Source: Paracoccus suum (GTDB lineage: Bacteria; Pseudomonadota; Alphaproteobacteria; Rhodobacterales; Rhodobacteraceae). Taken from it: a stretch of DNA of 32,000 nt. A program made the position numbers and the translations under genes. Location of the stretch: assembly GCF_003324675.1 (NCBI RefSeq), contig NZ_CP030918.1, forward strand, positions 2,550,001-2,582,000. The letters are read 5' to 3'. How positions within the stretch are numbered: position 1 is the first letter of the stretch; every line of letters starts with the position of its first letter. A model generated the notes under the pieces. It worked only from the letters and a program-made list of their open reading frames with translations, did no database searches and had not been told where the DNA came from. Of the stretch, positions 1-10,068 are shown piece after piece.

Positions 1-1553
1 TCGGCCCGGTCGCGGTCGTCAGCCTGATGAGCGCGGCGGCCGTGGGAAAGCTGGCAGCGCAGGGCACGCCAGAGTTTCTGGGCGCCGCCATCGTACTGGC
101 GATGCTTTCCGGGCTCATCCTGCTGGTGATGGGCGTGCTGCGGTTGGGGTTTCTGGCCTCGTTCTTGTCGCATCCGGTCATCTCGGGGTTCATCACCGCA
201 TCGGGGCTGCTGATCGCCGCGTCACAGCTGGGCAATATCCTCGGCATCAAGGCCAGCGGCAGCACGCTGCCGGCAATCCTGACCGGGCTCGTCACGCGCT
301 TCGGCCAGATCCAGCCAGCGACCCTCGCGCTGGGCCTGCTCGCGCTCGGCATGCTGATCTGGGCACGAACGCGGCTCGGCCCGCTGCTGAAGGCACGGGG
401 CTGGGGCGAGACCCAGCGCCAGATCGTGACGCGCGCGGCGCCCGTTGCAGCGGTGGTCGTGACAACAGTGATCTCCTGGGCCTTCAACCTCGGCGCGCAT
501 GGAACCTCGATCGTCGGCACGATTCCATCCGGTCTGCCGCGCCCGGCGCTGCCGCCCCTGGACCCCAGCCTCTGGGCGCAGATCGCCCTGCCGGCACTGA
601 TGATTTCCATCGTCGGCTATGTTGAAACCATCTCGGTCGCGCAAACCCTTGCCGCCCGCCGCCGCCAACGCATCGACCCCGATCAGGAGCTTGTGGCACT
701 CGGCGGGGCGAACATCGCCTCGGCCATATCTGGCGGCTATGCGGTGACGGGCGGCTTCGCCCGCTCGGTGGTCAATTTCGACGCGGGCGCGCGGACACCG
801 GCCGCGGGCGCGTTCACCGCGGTGCTGATGTCCATCGGCACGCTGACGCTGACCGGAGCCCTTTACCACCTGCCGCAAGCAACCCTTTCCGCCACGATCA
901 TCGTCGCCGTGCTGTCGCTGGTTGATCTGCGCGCCCTGCCCCGCGTCTGGCGCTATTCGCCAGGCGACGGCGCGGCGATGATCGTCACCATCGCAGCGAC
1001 GCTGCTGGAGGGGGTCGAGACCGGCATCGCCCTCGGCGTCATCCTGTCGATCGTGATTCACCTCTACCGCAGCTCGCGCCCGCATGTCGCGGTCGTGGGT
1101 CAAGTGCCCGGTACCGAGCATTTCCGCAACATCGACCGCCACCGGGTCGGCACCTCGTCCGCAGTGCTGTCATTGCGGATCGACGAAAGCCTCTATTTCC
1201 CGAATGCCCGTTTCCTCGAGGATTCGATCTACGACCGCGTCGCCGCCGACCCTGAGATTCGTCATGTGGTGCTGATGTGCCCTGCGGTGAATGCAATCGA
1301 CTCGAGTGCACTCGAAGCCCTTGAGGCGGTGAACGCGCAACTCAGGGACAGCGGCGTCACCCTGCACCTCAGCGAAGTAAAGGGCCCGGTCATGGACCGT
1401 CTGCGTCGCAGCGACTTCCTCGAACAGCTCAGCGGCGAGGTCTTTCTCAGCCAGGCCGACGCCATGGCGAAGCTGGCCCCCGATCTGACGGAACGGATGC
1501 GCCGACAGCCCCGGCGCGAAACTTCGCGCGAAGAGGCCCGGGCAAGCAGCTAA
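1..1553 (+). CDS. SulP-family inorganic anion transporter with C-terminal STAS domain (5' end outside window)
   Basis: The frame is open from base 3 (GPVAVVSLMSAAAV...), so the ATG at 27 is internal. Many hydrophobic segments are followed by a soluble STAS-like tail (VLSLRIDESLYFPNA...NAIDSSALEAL...VKGPVMDRL). Stop at 1551-1553. Confidence 0.85.
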   Translation, partial: GPVAVVSLMSAAAVGKLAAQGTPEFLGAAIVLAMLSGLILLVMGVLRLGFLASFLSHPVISGFITASGLLIAASQLGNILGIKASGSTLPAILTGLVTRFGQIQPATLALGLLALGMLIWARTRLGPLLKARGWGETQRQIVTRAAPVAAVVVTTVISWAFNLGAHGTSIVGTIPSGLPRPALPPLDPSLWAQIALPALMISIVGYVETISVAQTLAARRRQRIDPDQELVALGGANIASAISGGYAVTGGFARSVVNFDAGARTPAAGAFTAVLMSIGTLTLTGALYHLPQATLSATIIVAVLSLVDLRALPRVWRYSPGDGAAMIVTIAATLLEGVETGIALGVILSIVIHLYRSSRPHVAVVGQVPGTEHFRNIDRHRVGTSSAVLSLRIDESLYFPNARFLEDSIYDRVAADPEIRHVVLMCPAVNAIDSSALEALEAVNAQLRDSGVTLHLSEVKGPVMDRLRRSDFLEQLSGEVFLSQADAMAKLAPDLTERMRRQPRRETSREEARASS

Positions 1554-1574
1554 GCTGACGCTGGCGGGGTGGTC

Positions 1575-1928
1575 TCAGGCCGGGACACCCAACGCGCGCT
1601 TGACGTTCGCAGTCCAGCCCAGCCAATGGCCGTCCTTGCCTGCATCCCCGGCAAGGATCGCCGGACGCTTCATCAGGGCCGGTTTCGCGCCAAGCTGGGT
1701 GATTGGGTCGGCCCCGCGCTCATCCTCGGTCATCGCGCGCCAGGTCAGGCTTGCGCGATTTACCAATTTCTCGCCGAACGTCGTCAACAACTCCTCGCGC
1801 TCGGCTTCGTTCAACGGCGTCTCGGTGACATCGCGGAACGTGATCTGATGTCCGGCGGCCTGCAGGTCCGCCAGAGCCTTCTGGCAGGTCGAGCACTTCT
1901 GCAGGCCCAGAATTGTCAGGGCCGCCAT
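1575..1928 (-). CDS. ArsC/Spx/YffB-family thioredoxin-fold protein (117 aa)
   Basis: MAALTILGLQKCSTCQKA... matches the typical family N-terminus with a CxxC. Start re-set to the ATG at 1928. The 47 upstream codons in the track ORF are R/P-rich and overlap another ORF. No SD is present, and the start overlaps the stop of an upstream mini-ORF (TGATG). Confidence 0.75.
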   Translation of the reverse strand: MAALTILGLQKCSTCQKALADLQAAGHQITFRDVTETPLNEAEREELLTTFGEKLVNRASLTWRAMTEDERGADPITQLGAKPALMKRPAILAGDAGKDGHWLGWTANVKRALGVPA

Positions 1929-2020
1929 CAGATGAACGGTACCAGCGGGACGACGTTGCAGGCGGCCAGCAAGGCGGTGGCGGCGATCAGCACGGCAAGG
2001 CGCATCGGGGACACTTTCAT
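1928..2020 (-). CDS. Unannotated 30-codon ORF with a lipoprotein-type signal (MKVSPMRLAVLIAATALLAACNVVPLVPFI)
   Basis: Hand-translated from the minus strand. It has a basic n-region, a hydrophobic core and the lipobox LAAC. 27 of 30 codons end in G/C. Its TGA overlaps the ATG of the ArsC-like gene by 1 nt. No clear SD precedes it. It is below the length cutoff of the ORF track. Confidence 0.35.
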   Translation of the reverse strand: MKVSPMRLAVLIAATALLAACNVVPLVPFI

Positions 2021-2081
2021 TTCGAGGCAGGCCCGTTTGTGGCCCGCTCCGCGCCCAGCGGCAAATCACAATGGCGCGGTG

Positions 2082-3383
2082 CTACTCTGGCGCGCCATCA
2101 TGCAGCGAGCGGCGAATGCGACGCATGGCGTACCAGACGGCCAGCACCACGACCGGCACCAGGCCGGCCGTTAACACCGCCTTGTCCACCGCGATCCGAT
2201 GCGCCAGCGGGGTCAGGAAATACGACAGCAGCCCGACCGCGTAATAGCTTATCGCGACCACCGACAAGCCCTCGACGGTATTCTGCAACCGTAGTTGCAG
2301 GTCGGCCCGCCGGTCCATGCGTGCCAGCAGATCGCGGCTGGCGCCGCTGCGCTCGACATCGACCCGGGTGCGCAGGAGTTCCGAAGCGCGCTCGGTCCGG
2401 TCCAGCATCGTATTCAGCCGCGCCTCGGTCGAGGCGACGGTCCGCATCGCGGGCGCGAAACGGCGGTCCATGAATTCGGACAGCGTCTGGCGGCTGAAAA
2501 AACGGCTCTCGCGCAGCGAGGCGAGGCGTTCCGCGACGATCGCTGCATAGGCCCGCGTCGCGCCAAAGCGGAAACTGCTGTCGGTCGCCGCGACCTCCAG
2601 CTCGGCCGAGACACCGAGCAGGTCGTGCAAAACCGCCTCCGGGTCCGCCGTCTCGCCGGCGAGGCCGCCCATCAGCGTCGAAATGCGTGGATCCAGCCGG
2701 TTCAGCAGTGCCGAGAGCGCCCTGCCCCGGCCCAGCCCCAGCATCGACATGCTGCGATAGATCTCCAGGTCGATCAGTCGCTGGATGACGCGCCCGGTGC
2801 GTCCGGCGCCGCTCCCGGGCTGCACAAAGATGGCAAACCGCATGAAGCCATTGGCATCGATCCGGAAGTCCGAAGCGACCACCGCCAGCCCGTCCATGAC
2901 CTGCGCCGCCGCCAGCCCGTCGCGCGCGAACCAGGCCTCCAGCTTGGTGTCGATCTCGGCCGGGTCCTCCGGGACATGCTCGACATGGACAATCAGTGCC
3001 GCCAGCCGGGCGCCGGGCGCGTCCTGCTGCCACTCGGCGGGAAAGATCTCCGCGACGCGCGCATCGAACGGGCGCGGCGCGAGGCCGGGCAGGAAGGCGG
3101 CATAGGTGACGAACTCGGTATGACTCTCCCATGCCAGCTCATAGCGGCCGAGTTGGGCGGCGTAATGCTGCGCGCCGGGCTGGGGCGCGGGTGCGCCGTG
3201 ACGATGGGCGAGCGTCGCGAGGTGGGTGATGTCGGCGGAACGGTCGCGCGAGGCGGCGTTGCGCAACTCCTTGAAAGCCATGAACACGACCGTCAGCGGC
3301 GCCGTCAGGCGCGGCGAGGGCCGCGCATGAAGCTCGTTGACCAGTTCGTATCGCAGCGGATGGTCCAGCCCGTCGCCGGTCAT
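2082..3383 (-). CDS. DUF3422-like conserved membrane-anchored protein (433 aa)
   Basis: The N-terminal HPLRYELVNELHARP motif is one I associate with DUF3422. A large soluble N-domain is followed by a helical region and two C-terminal TM helices (LSVVAISYYAVGLLSYF / LTAGLVPVVVLAVWYAM). The overlapping ORFs on other frames are R/G/A/P-rich artefacts. Confidence 0.65.
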   Translation of the reverse strand: MTGDGLDHPLRYELVNELHARPSPRLTAPLTVVFMAFKELRNAASRDRSADITHLATLAHRHGAPAPQPGAQHYAAQLGRYELAWESHTEFVTYAAFLPGLAPRPFDARVAEIFPAEWQQDAPGARLAALIVHVEHVPEDPAEIDTKLEAWFARDGLAAAQVMDGLAVVASDFRIDANGFMRFAIFVQPGSGAGRTGRVIQRLIDLEIYRSMSMLGLGRGRALSALLNRLDPRISTLMGGLAGETADPEAVLHDLLGVSAELEVAATDSSFRFGATRAYAAIVAERLASLRESRFFSRQTLSEFMDRRFAPAMRTVASTEARLNTMLDRTERASELLRTRVDVERSGASRDLLARMDRRADLQLRLQNTVEGLSVVAISYYAVGLLSYFLTPLAHRIAVDKAVLTAGLVPVVVLAVWYAMRRIRRSLHDGAPE

Positions 3384-3416
3384 GGCCCCTGCCCTTCCTT
3401 TCGCGGAGAGTGATGC

Positions 3417-3436
3417 GGCCGGGGTCTCCCCCGGCC
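3417..3436 (-). terminator. GC-rich hairpin just downstream of pntB (possible terminator without U-tract)
   Basis: GGCCGGGG-tctc-CCCCGGCC forms an 8-bp perfect stem with a 4-nt loop, 8 nt past the pntB stop. No T-run follows. Confidence 0.4.
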
Positions 3437-3443
3437 CCTGTGA

Positions 3444-4931
3444 TCAGTCGATCAGCGGCAACAGCGCGTCGACCGATTTCTTCGCATCGCCATAAAACAT
3501 CCGGGTGTTCTCCTTGAAGAACAGCGGGTTCTCGATCCCCGAATAGCCGGTGCCCTGACCGCGCTTGCTGACGAACACCTGCTTGGCCTTCCACACCTCG
3601 AGCACCGGCATCCCGGCGATCGGGCTGTTCGGGTCTTCCTGGGCGGCCGGGTTGACGATGTCATTGCTGCCAATGACGATCACCACGTCGGTCGAGGGGA
3701 AGTCCTCGTTGATCTCGTCCATTTCCAGGACGATGTCATAAGGCACCTTAGCCTCGGCCAGCAGCACGTTCATGTGCCCGGGCAGGCGACCGGCGACCGG
3801 GTGAATGGCAAAGCGCACGTTCTTGCCTGCGGCGCGCAGCTTGCGCGTCAACTCGCTGACCGACTGCTGCGCTTGCGCGACGGCCATGCCGTAGCCAGGG
3901 ACGATAACCACGCTGTCGGCATCGTTCAGCGCCGCAGCAACGCCTTGGGCGTCGATGGCGACCTGCTCGCCCTCGATCTCCATCGCCGGGCCGGTGGTGC
4001 CACCGAAACCGCCGAGAATTACCGAGACGAAGCTGCGATTCATCGCCTTGCACATGATGTAGCTGAGGATCGCACCGGACGAGCCGACGAGGGCACCGAC
4101 CACGATCAGCAGGTCATTGCTGAGGGTAAAGCCGATCATCGCCGCGGCCCAGCCCGAGTAGCTGTTCAGCATCGACACGACCACCGGCATGTCGGCGCCG
4201 CCGATGCCCATGATCAGATGATAGCCGACAAAGCCAGCGAGGATCGCGATCAGCAGCAGCGACCAGATCCCGGCGCCCATCATGTAGGCGACCAGCAGCA
4301 GCAGCGATAGGATGGCGGCGCCGAGGTTCAGCATATGGCCGCCCGGCAATTGCCGCGGTTTGCCGTCGATCTTGCCGGCCAGCTTCCCGAAGGCCACGAT
4401 CGAGCCGGTAAAGGTCACGGCGCCGATGAAGACGCCCAGAGCGACCTCGACCTTAAGCATGGCGATTTCCGCCGGCGTCTTGTGGGCGAGAACTCCAGCA
4501 AAGCCGTGGAAGACCTCAGCCGCGTCGCTGGCGCGCAGACGTATCAGGCGCCCCAACTCGATCTGCGCGTTAAGGCCGACGAATACGGCCGCAAGGCCGA
4601 CCAGGCTATGCATCGCGGCGACCAGCTGCGGCATCTCGGTCATCTGCACGCGGGTCGCGACGACCCAGCCGATGCCGCCGCCGATGGCAATCATGATGAG
4701 CGAGATGAACCAGTTGCCCGCGCCCGGCCCGAAAAGCGTTGCGACGATCGCGAGGGCCATGCCGACGATGCCGAACCAGACCGCGCGCTTGGCGCTTTCC
4801 TGGCCGGAAAGCCCGCCCAGCGAGAGAATGAACAGGATCGCGGCGACGACATAGGCCGCGGTGGTTACGCCGTAAACCGGCAGAGCCTGCAGGACGCCGG
4901 GTGCGGTGGTGGTGACGATGGTGGTTTCCAC
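3444..4931 (-). CDS. pntB: NAD(P) transhydrogenase subunit beta
   Basis: 495 aa with a multi-TM N-half and a C-terminal dIII NADP(H) domain ([14 protein letters not shown]...). GTG start is preceded by GAGGAGG, which overlaps the pntA stop. Confidence 0.95.
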   Translation of the reverse strand: METTIVTTTAPGVLQALPVYGVTTAAYVVAAILFILSLGGLSGQESAKRAVWFGIVGMALAIVATLFGPGAGNWFISLIMIAIGGGIGWVVATRVQMTEMPQLVAAMHSLVGLAAVFVGLNAQIELGRLIRLRASDAAEVFHGFAGVLAHKTPAEIAMLKVEVALGVFIGAVTFTGSIVAFGKLAGKIDGKPRQLPGGHMLNLGAAILSLLLLVAYMMGAGIWSLLLIAILAGFVGYHLIMGIGGADMPVVVSMLNSYSGWAAAMIGFTLSNDLLIVVGALVGSSGAILSYIMCKAMNRSFVSVILGGFGGTTGPAMEIEGEQVAIDAQGVAAALNDADSVVIVPGYGMAVAQAQQSVSELTRKLRAAGKNVRFAIHPVAGRLPGHMNVLLAEAKVPYDIVLEMDEINEDFPSTDVVIVIGSNDIVNPAAQEDPNSPIAGMPVLEVWKAKQVFVSKRGQGTGYSGIENPLFFKENTRMFYGDAKKSVDALLPLID

Positions 4932-4941
4932 GCGCGCCTCC

Positions 4942-6516
4942 TCAGGACTTCTGGAACATGGCGAGCATCCGCCGGGTGACGAGGAAACCGCCGAAGATGT
5001 TGATCCCCGCCATCAGCACCGACAGCGCGGCGAGGATCACGACCAGGGCACTGCCCGAGCCGATCTGCATCAGCGCGCCCAAGATGATGATGCTGGAAAT
5101 GGCGTTGGTGATGGCCATCAGCGGCGTGTGCAGGCTGTGGCTGACGTTCCAGATCACCTGGAAGCCGATGAACACGGCCAGCACGAAGACAATGAAATGC
5201 GAGAGAAAGCTGGCCGGGGCGGTCAGGCCGACCAGCAGCATCAGCACCGCGCCGATGGCGATCAGCGTCACCTGACTGCGGGTCTGCGCCTTGAAGGCCG
5301 TGATCTCGGCCGCGCGCTTTTCGGCAGCGGTCAGCTCCTTCGGTTTGTCCTTGGGTTTCTGGACGGCAATCGCCTGTACCTTGGGCGGCGGCGGCGGGAA
5401 GGTAACGTCGCCGGCATGGGTCACCGTCGCGCCGCGGATCACGTCGTCATCCATGTTCTGGTTGATGACGCCATCCTTGGCCGGTGTCAGGTCAGACAGG
5501 AAGTGCCGGATATTGTTGGCATAAAGCTCGGACGCCTGGGCGCCCATGCGGCTGGGGAAATCGGTATAGCCAATGATCGTGACGCCGTTCTCGGTCACGA
5601 TCTTCTCGTCGGCGACGGTCAACTCGCAGTTGCCGCCACGCTCGGCCGCCAGATCGACGATCACGCTGCCCGGCTTCATCGCTGCGACCATGTCCGCCGT
5701 CCACAGCTTGGGCGCGGGGCGGCCGGGGATCAGCGCCGTGGTGATGACGATGTCCATCTGCGGGGCAAGCTCGCGGAACTTCTCCAGCTGCTTGGCCTGA
5801 AACTCCGGGCTCGACGGCGCGGCGTAGCCGCCGGTCGCTGCGCCGTCCTGCGCGGCGCCCGCGAAGTCGAGATACACGAACGAGGCGCCCATGCTTTCGA
5901 TCTGCTCGGCCACTTCGGGACGCACATCAAAGGCATAGACCTGCGCGCCGAGGCTGGTCGCCGTGCCGATGGCTGCAAGACCCGCGACACCTGCGCCGAC
6001 GACCAGCACCTTGGCGGGCGGTACCTTGCCCGCGGCCGTCACCTGCCCGGTGAAAAAGCGCCCAAAATTGGCTGCCGCCTCGATCACCGCGCGATAGCCG
6101 GCGATATTGGCCATCGAGGACAGCGCGTCCATTTTTTGCGCACGACTGATGCGCGGCACCATGTCCATGGCGATGGTGGTCACGCCCCTGGCCCGCGCGG
6201 CCTCCAGCAGTTCGGGGTTCGAGGCCGGGGTGATGTAGCTGATAAGGGTCTGGCCCTCGTGCATGCGGTTCAGTTCGGCATCCGTGGGGGCGCGGACCTT
6301 GGCCAGAACGTCCACCGCTTCGGTCAATGCAGCGGCGGTCGGCAGCACCTCGACCCCAGCCGCGCGGTACTCGTCGTCGGAAAAGCCGGCCCGCGAACCC
6401 GCCCCCTGCTCGACCAGAACCTCGTGCCCGAGTTTTTTCAGATGCGCGGCCGAGGACGGAGTCACGGCTACCCGTGCCTCGCCTTCCGCCACCTCTCGCA
6501 GAGCGCCGACCTTCAT
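4942..6516 (-). CDS. pntA: NAD(P) transhydrogenase subunit alpha (fused dI + membrane dII part)
   Basis: 524 aa starting [20 protein letters not shown], with the Rossmann motif [13 protein letters not shown] and C-terminal TM helices. Sits directly upstream of pntB. Confidence 0.95.
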   Translation of the reverse strand: MKVGALREVAEGEARVAVTPSSAAHLKKLGHEVLVEQGAGSRAGFSDDEYRAAGVEVLPTAAALTEAVDVLAKVRAPTDAELNRMHEGQTLISYITPASNPELLEAARARGVTTIAMDMVPRISRAQKMDALSSMANIAGYRAVIEAAANFGRFFTGQVTAAGKVPPAKVLVVGAGVAGLAAIGTATSLGAQVYAFDVRPEVAEQIESMGASFVYLDFAGAAQDGAATGGYAAPSSPEFQAKQLEKFRELAPQMDIVITTALIPGRPAPKLWTADMVAAMKPGSVIVDLAAERGGNCELTVADEKIVTENGVTIIGYTDFPSRMGAQASELYANNIRHFLSDLTPAKDGVINQNMDDDVIRGATVTHAGDVTFPPPPPKVQAIAVQKPKDKPKELTAAEKRAAEITAFKAQTRSQVTLIAIGAVLMLLVGLTAPASFLSHFIVFVLAVFIGFQVIWNVSHSLHTPLMAITNAISSIIILGALMQIGSGSALVVILAALSVLMAGINIFGGFLVTRRMLAMFQKS

Positions 6517-6554
6517 CCGCCTGTCCCCCGTCCTGTCATTGTGCCGTCTCTAGC

Positions 6555-6580
6555 TTGCGCAACAATCTTTCGCAAGATTG
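6555..6580. promoter_or_regulatory. Adjacent palindromes TTGCGCAA and CAATCTT-tcgc-AAGATTG between the cupin gene and pntA
   Basis: A perfect 8-bp palindrome lies at 6555-6562 and perfect 7-bp inverted arms with a 4-nt spacer lie at 6563-6580. Both are in the 87-bp gap upstream of pntA and downstream of the cupin gene. Could be an operator or a weak hairpin. Confidence 0.3.
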
Positions 6581-6603
6581 CCAACCAAAGTCAGATATGA
6601 AAA

Positions 6604-7293
6604 TCACCCTTCCCGCGCGAGCTGGGAATCGTAGTCGCTGACCAGAAAATGCAAGGGCGCCTCGTCCTCGTCGATGCTGGAAAACCGGCCGATCGGCTCG
6701 GCAAAGATGTTGTCAGTCAGGTCGTCATTGACGGTGGACACCTCGCCGATCAGGACCGACCCGCCTTCGCCCCAGAAGGCGTGCCAGTCGCCGGGCCGAA
6801 GTGTCACACTTTCGCCAGGGGCGAGGTGAAGCAAGCCGCCCGCCTCGATCTCGCGGGCAATGCCGTCGCAATCCACGCGGCAGCCGGCCATCCGGTCGAG
6901 CCGCCCCAGCTCGTCGCTGCCGCATAACTGCACGGCTAGCGTCGCGCCCGAGCGGTTGATGATGTCCTCGGTCTTGCGCAGATGGGTATGCATCGGGCTG
7001 ATCTGGTTTTCTTGCGAGATCAGCAGCTTTTCCGCGTAGACCATGCCCTGCCCGGCGGCCAGATCGGCCTGGCTGCCATTGCGCAGGGTAAAGAGGAAAA
7101 GGCCCAGCTGGTCGAACTCGCCCTGCCCATAGTCGGTGATGTCCCATCCCAGGCGGGCGTCGCGGATGGCGGGGGTCGCGCGGGCGCGAAACTCCTCTGG
7201 CGTCCAAGCGGCAAAGGGCGGCAGGTGAAAGCCGCCGTGTGCGATCATGCGCGCGGCATCGTCCATGATCCGGTTGATGCGCGAGCGTTTCAG
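6604..7293 (-). CDS. D-lyxose/D-mannose ketol-isomerase-like cupin protein
   Basis: Family-typical blocks are LGWDITDYG, LFLFTLRNG, YAEKLLI, QISPMHTH, KTEDIINR, GEVSTVNDD and IDEDE. The track starts at ATG 7266, but the conserved N-terminal KRSRINRI lies upstream in frame. The only start-like codon there is CTG at 7293, 6 nt after GGGGGA. Confidence 0.8.
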   Translation of the reverse strand: MKRSRINRIMDDAARMIAHGGFHLPPFAAWTPEEFRARATPAIRDARLGWDITDYGQGEFDQLGLFLFTLRNGSQADLAAGQGMVYAEKLLISQENQISPMHTHLRKTEDIINRSGATLAVQLCGSDELGRLDRMAGCRVDCDGIAREIEAGGLLHLAPGESVTLRPGDWHAFWGEGGSVLIGEVSTVNDDLTDNIFAEPIGRFSSIDEDEAPLHFLVSDYDSQLAREG

Positions 7294-7311
7294 CGAGCGT
7301 CCCCCATCAAA

Positions 7312-7755
7312 TCAAATCCACCGTCGCACGCGCGAGGCATAGGCTTGGAACGCCGGGCCGAAATGACACCGCAAGCCTGCCTCCTCGGCGAGGATAAAGC
7401 GTTGCTGGATCAGCGCCGCCAAGGCTGGCAGTACGATCAGTCCCAGCGGCCGCCCAAGCAGCAGCAAAAGGCCGCCCGCCAGCAGCAGATCGCCCAGATA
7501 GATCGGGTTGCGGGACAGGCGGAAGACCCCGTCAGTCACGATAGCGTCCGGCACCCGACCGGGCATCACTGTCGTTCGCGCCCGGATCATGACCAGGGCC
7601 GCCGCCACGATCAGCAGCGCCCCCACACCGGCGATCAGCAGGCCGATGGCATGCATCCACCCGGCGCCGGGGACCGGCCACAGGCCGCCCACCAACCACC
7701 CGGCGATCAGGGCCAGCGCGACCCAGAACGGTGGCAGTGCGGCCAGTTGCCTCAT
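7312..7755 (-). CDS. ICMT/PEMT-like membrane methyltransferase family protein (147 aa)
   Basis: Four hydrophobic segments and the motif [16 protein letters not shown]. Its ATG overlaps the glcB stop (ATGA). Confidence 0.7.
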   Translation of the reverse strand: MRQLAALPPFWVALALIAGWLVGGLWPVPGAGWMHAIGLLIAGVGALLIVAAALVMIRARTTVMPGRVPDAIVTDGVFRLSRNPIYLGDLLLAGGLLLLLGRPLGLIVLPALAALIQQRFILAEEAGLRCHFGPAFQAYASRVRRWI

Positions 7756-9890
7756 CCAGACGCGGCCTCCTTGGCCTCCAGACGGCGGCGGTGCAGCACC
7801 GGCTCGGTATAGCCCGAGGGCTGGATGCGGCCCTGGAAGACCAGATCGCAGGCGGCCTGGAATGCCACGCCGTCAAAGCCGGGGGCCATGGGCTTGTAGG
7901 CGGGATCGTCCGCGTTCTGGCGGTCCACCACCGCCGCCATCTTGCGCAGCCCGTCCATCACCTGCGCCTCGGTGATGATACCGTGGTGCAGCCAGTTGGC
8001 CAGGCTCTGGCTGCTGATGCGCAGCGTGGCCCGGTCCTCCATCAGCCCAACGTCGTGGATGTCCGGCACCTTCGAGCAGCCGACGCCCTGGTCCACCCAG
8101 CGCACGACATACCCGAGGATGCCCTGCGCATTGTTTTCGATCTCGGCCGTGATCTCGGCATCGGAATAGTTGCGGCCGGTGGCCAGCGGCAGGGTCAACA
8201 GGTCGTCCAGCCGCGCCGGGCGCGGATTGGCAGCGAGTTCGGCCTGGCGCGCGGCGACATCGACGTCATGGTAATGGGTCGCGTGCAGCACGGCGGCGGT
8301 CGGGCTGGGCACCCACGCCGTATTCGCCCCGGCCTTGGGATGGGCCGATTTCTGCGCCAGCATGTCGGCCATCCGGTCAGGCATGGCCCACATGCCCTTG
8401 CCGATCTGCGCCTTGCCGCGCAGGCCGGCGGCCAGGCCGATATCGACGTTGCGATCCTCGTAGGCGGCGATCCAGGGCTGCGATTTCATCTCGCCTTTGG
8501 CGACCATCGGGCCGGCCTCCATCGAGGTGTGCAGTTCGTCCCCGGTCCGGTCGAGGAAGCCTGTGTTGATGAAGGCGACCCGGTTCTTTGCCGCGCGAAT
8601 GCATTCGGCAAGGTTTGCCGAGGTGCGGCGCTCCTCGTCCATGATGCCCAGCTTGACCGTGTAGCGCGGCAGGCCGAGTGCATCCTCGACCACGTCGAAC
8701 ACCTGGCTGGCAAACGCAACCTCTTCGGGACCGTGCATCTTGGGCTTGACCACATAGACCGACCTGCAGGTGCTGTTGCGCGGGCCGTCCTGCTTTTGCA
8801 GGTCGGCCATGGCGCAAAGCGTCGTGACCATCGCGTCGAGCAGCCCCTCGTAGACCTCGGCGCCGTCCCGGTCGAGGACCGCGGGCGTGGTCATCAGGTG
8901 GCCGACATTGCGCACCAGCATCAGGGCCCGGCCCTTGTGGCTGGCGGGGCTACCGTCCGGGGCGGTGTAATTGAGATCCGGGTTGAGCCGGCGCGTCATG
9001 CTGCGGCCGCCCTTTTCCAGCACCTCGGTCAGGGTGCCATTCATCAGGCCCAGCCAGTTGGAATAGGCCAGCGTCTTGTCCGGGCCGTCCACGGCGGCGA
9101 CGGAATCCTCGCAATCCATGATCGCCGACAGCGCGGCTTCAAGGATGATATCGCTGATGCCGGCTTTGTCCTGCCCACCAACCTGGGTCGCCGGATCGAT
9201 GATGACGCGGATCATCAGCCCATTGTTCCGCAGCCAGATTTCCGACGGCGCGGCAGGATCGCCGGTATATCCGGCGAATTTCGCCGGCTCGCGAAGCGCC
9301 GGCACGAGGGCGCCGCCCTCGGCCGACAGCTTGTTGATGTCCGACCACGACCCGTCCGCCAGCGGCGCCGCCCGGTCGAGAAAACCTCGGCCCCAGGCTA
9401 TGACCTGCGCGCCGCGCTCGGCGTCATAGCCCTTGCCCGTGGCGAGGCTGCCCATGGCGTCCGTGCCATAAAGCGCATCGTACAGGCTGCCCCAGCGTGC
9501 GTTTGCGGCGTTGAGCGCGTAACGCGCGTTCATCACGGGGACGACGAGTTGCGGGCCGGCGATGCTTGCAATTTCCGGGTCGGTGCCCTCGGTCTCGATC
9601 ACAAAAGGACCGCCATCGGGGACAAGATAGCCAATCTCGCGCAGGAAGGCGGTATAGGCGGCAGCGTCATGCGGCTGACCGCGACGCTCAAGATGCCAAG
9701 CGTCGATCCGCGACTGCAACTCCTCGCGCCGATCCAGCAGCGCGCGATTGGCCGGGCCGAAACGGTGCAGCAAGTCCGACAGCGCGGACCAGAACCCCGC
9801 GCGCTCGATCCCGACGGCGGGCAGCGTCTGGTCCTCGAGAAACTGCGCAAGTCCCGCCTCGACCTGCAAACCTGCCCGTTCTACCCGCAC
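7752..9890 (-). CDS. glcB: Malate synthase G
   Basis: Recognisable over the full length (VERAGLQV..., [29 protein letters not shown]). Start re-set to GTG 9890, 6 nt after GGGAGGAA, giving 712 aa. The 60 upstream codons in the track ORF have no family counterpart. Confidence 0.93.
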   Translation of the reverse strand: MRVERAGLQVEAGLAQFLEDQTLPAVGIERAGFWSALSDLLHRFGPANRALLDRREELQSRIDAWHLERRGQPHDAAAYTAFLREIGYLVPDGGPFVIETEGTDPEIASIAGPQLVVPVMNARYALNAANARWGSLYDALYGTDAMGSLATGKGYDAERGAQVIAWGRGFLDRAAPLADGSWSDINKLSAEGGALVPALREPAKFAGYTGDPAAPSEIWLRNNGLMIRVIIDPATQVGGQDKAGISDIILEAALSAIMDCEDSVAAVDGPDKTLAYSNWLGLMNGTLTEVLEKGGRSMTRRLNPDLNYTAPDGSPASHKGRALMLVRNVGHLMTTPAVLDRDGAEVYEGLLDAMVTTLCAMADLQKQDGPRNSTCRSVYVVKPKMHGPEEVAFASQVFDVVEDALGLPRYTVKLGIMDEERRTSANLAECIRAAKNRVAFINTGFLDRTGDELHTSMEAGPMVAKGEMKSQPWIAAYEDRNVDIGLAAGLRGKAQIGKGMWAMPDRMADMLAQKSAHPKAGANTAWVPSPTAAVLHATHYHDVDVAARQAELAANPRPARLDDLLTLPLATGRNYSDAEITAEIENNAQGILGYVVRWVDQGVGCSKVPDIHDVGLMEDRATLRISSQSLANWLHHGIITEAQVMDGLRKMAAVVDRQNADDPAYKPMAPGFDGVAFQAACDLVFQGRIQPSGYTEPVLHRRRLEAKEAASG

Positions 9891-10068
9891 TATCCGTTCC
9901 TCCCGTGAAGCTGGGCGCGACGCTAGGCGAGCCGGCAGGGCGTTACAAGCGCACGACCCTGCGCAATTGGCGGCGGCCCTATGCAGAACGTCGGCCAAGC
10001 CTTGGAATTGCGGCGATCTGTCGCGATTAGCCGGCTTTGCTGATAGGCAGCATATCCCCACGGATGGC

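Noticed and set aside
6560-6595. Sigma-54-type promoter (TGGCA...TGC on the minus strand) upstream of pntA
   Set aside because: The GG-to-GC spacing is about 9 nt instead of the canonical 12, so it does not fit the -24/-12 geometry.
7731-9908. 725-aa ORF on the + strand
   Set aside because: It is exactly antisense to malate synthase G and its product is R/G/A/H/D-rich low-complexity sequence with no recognisable motifs. This is the typical shadow ORF of a high-GC3 gene.
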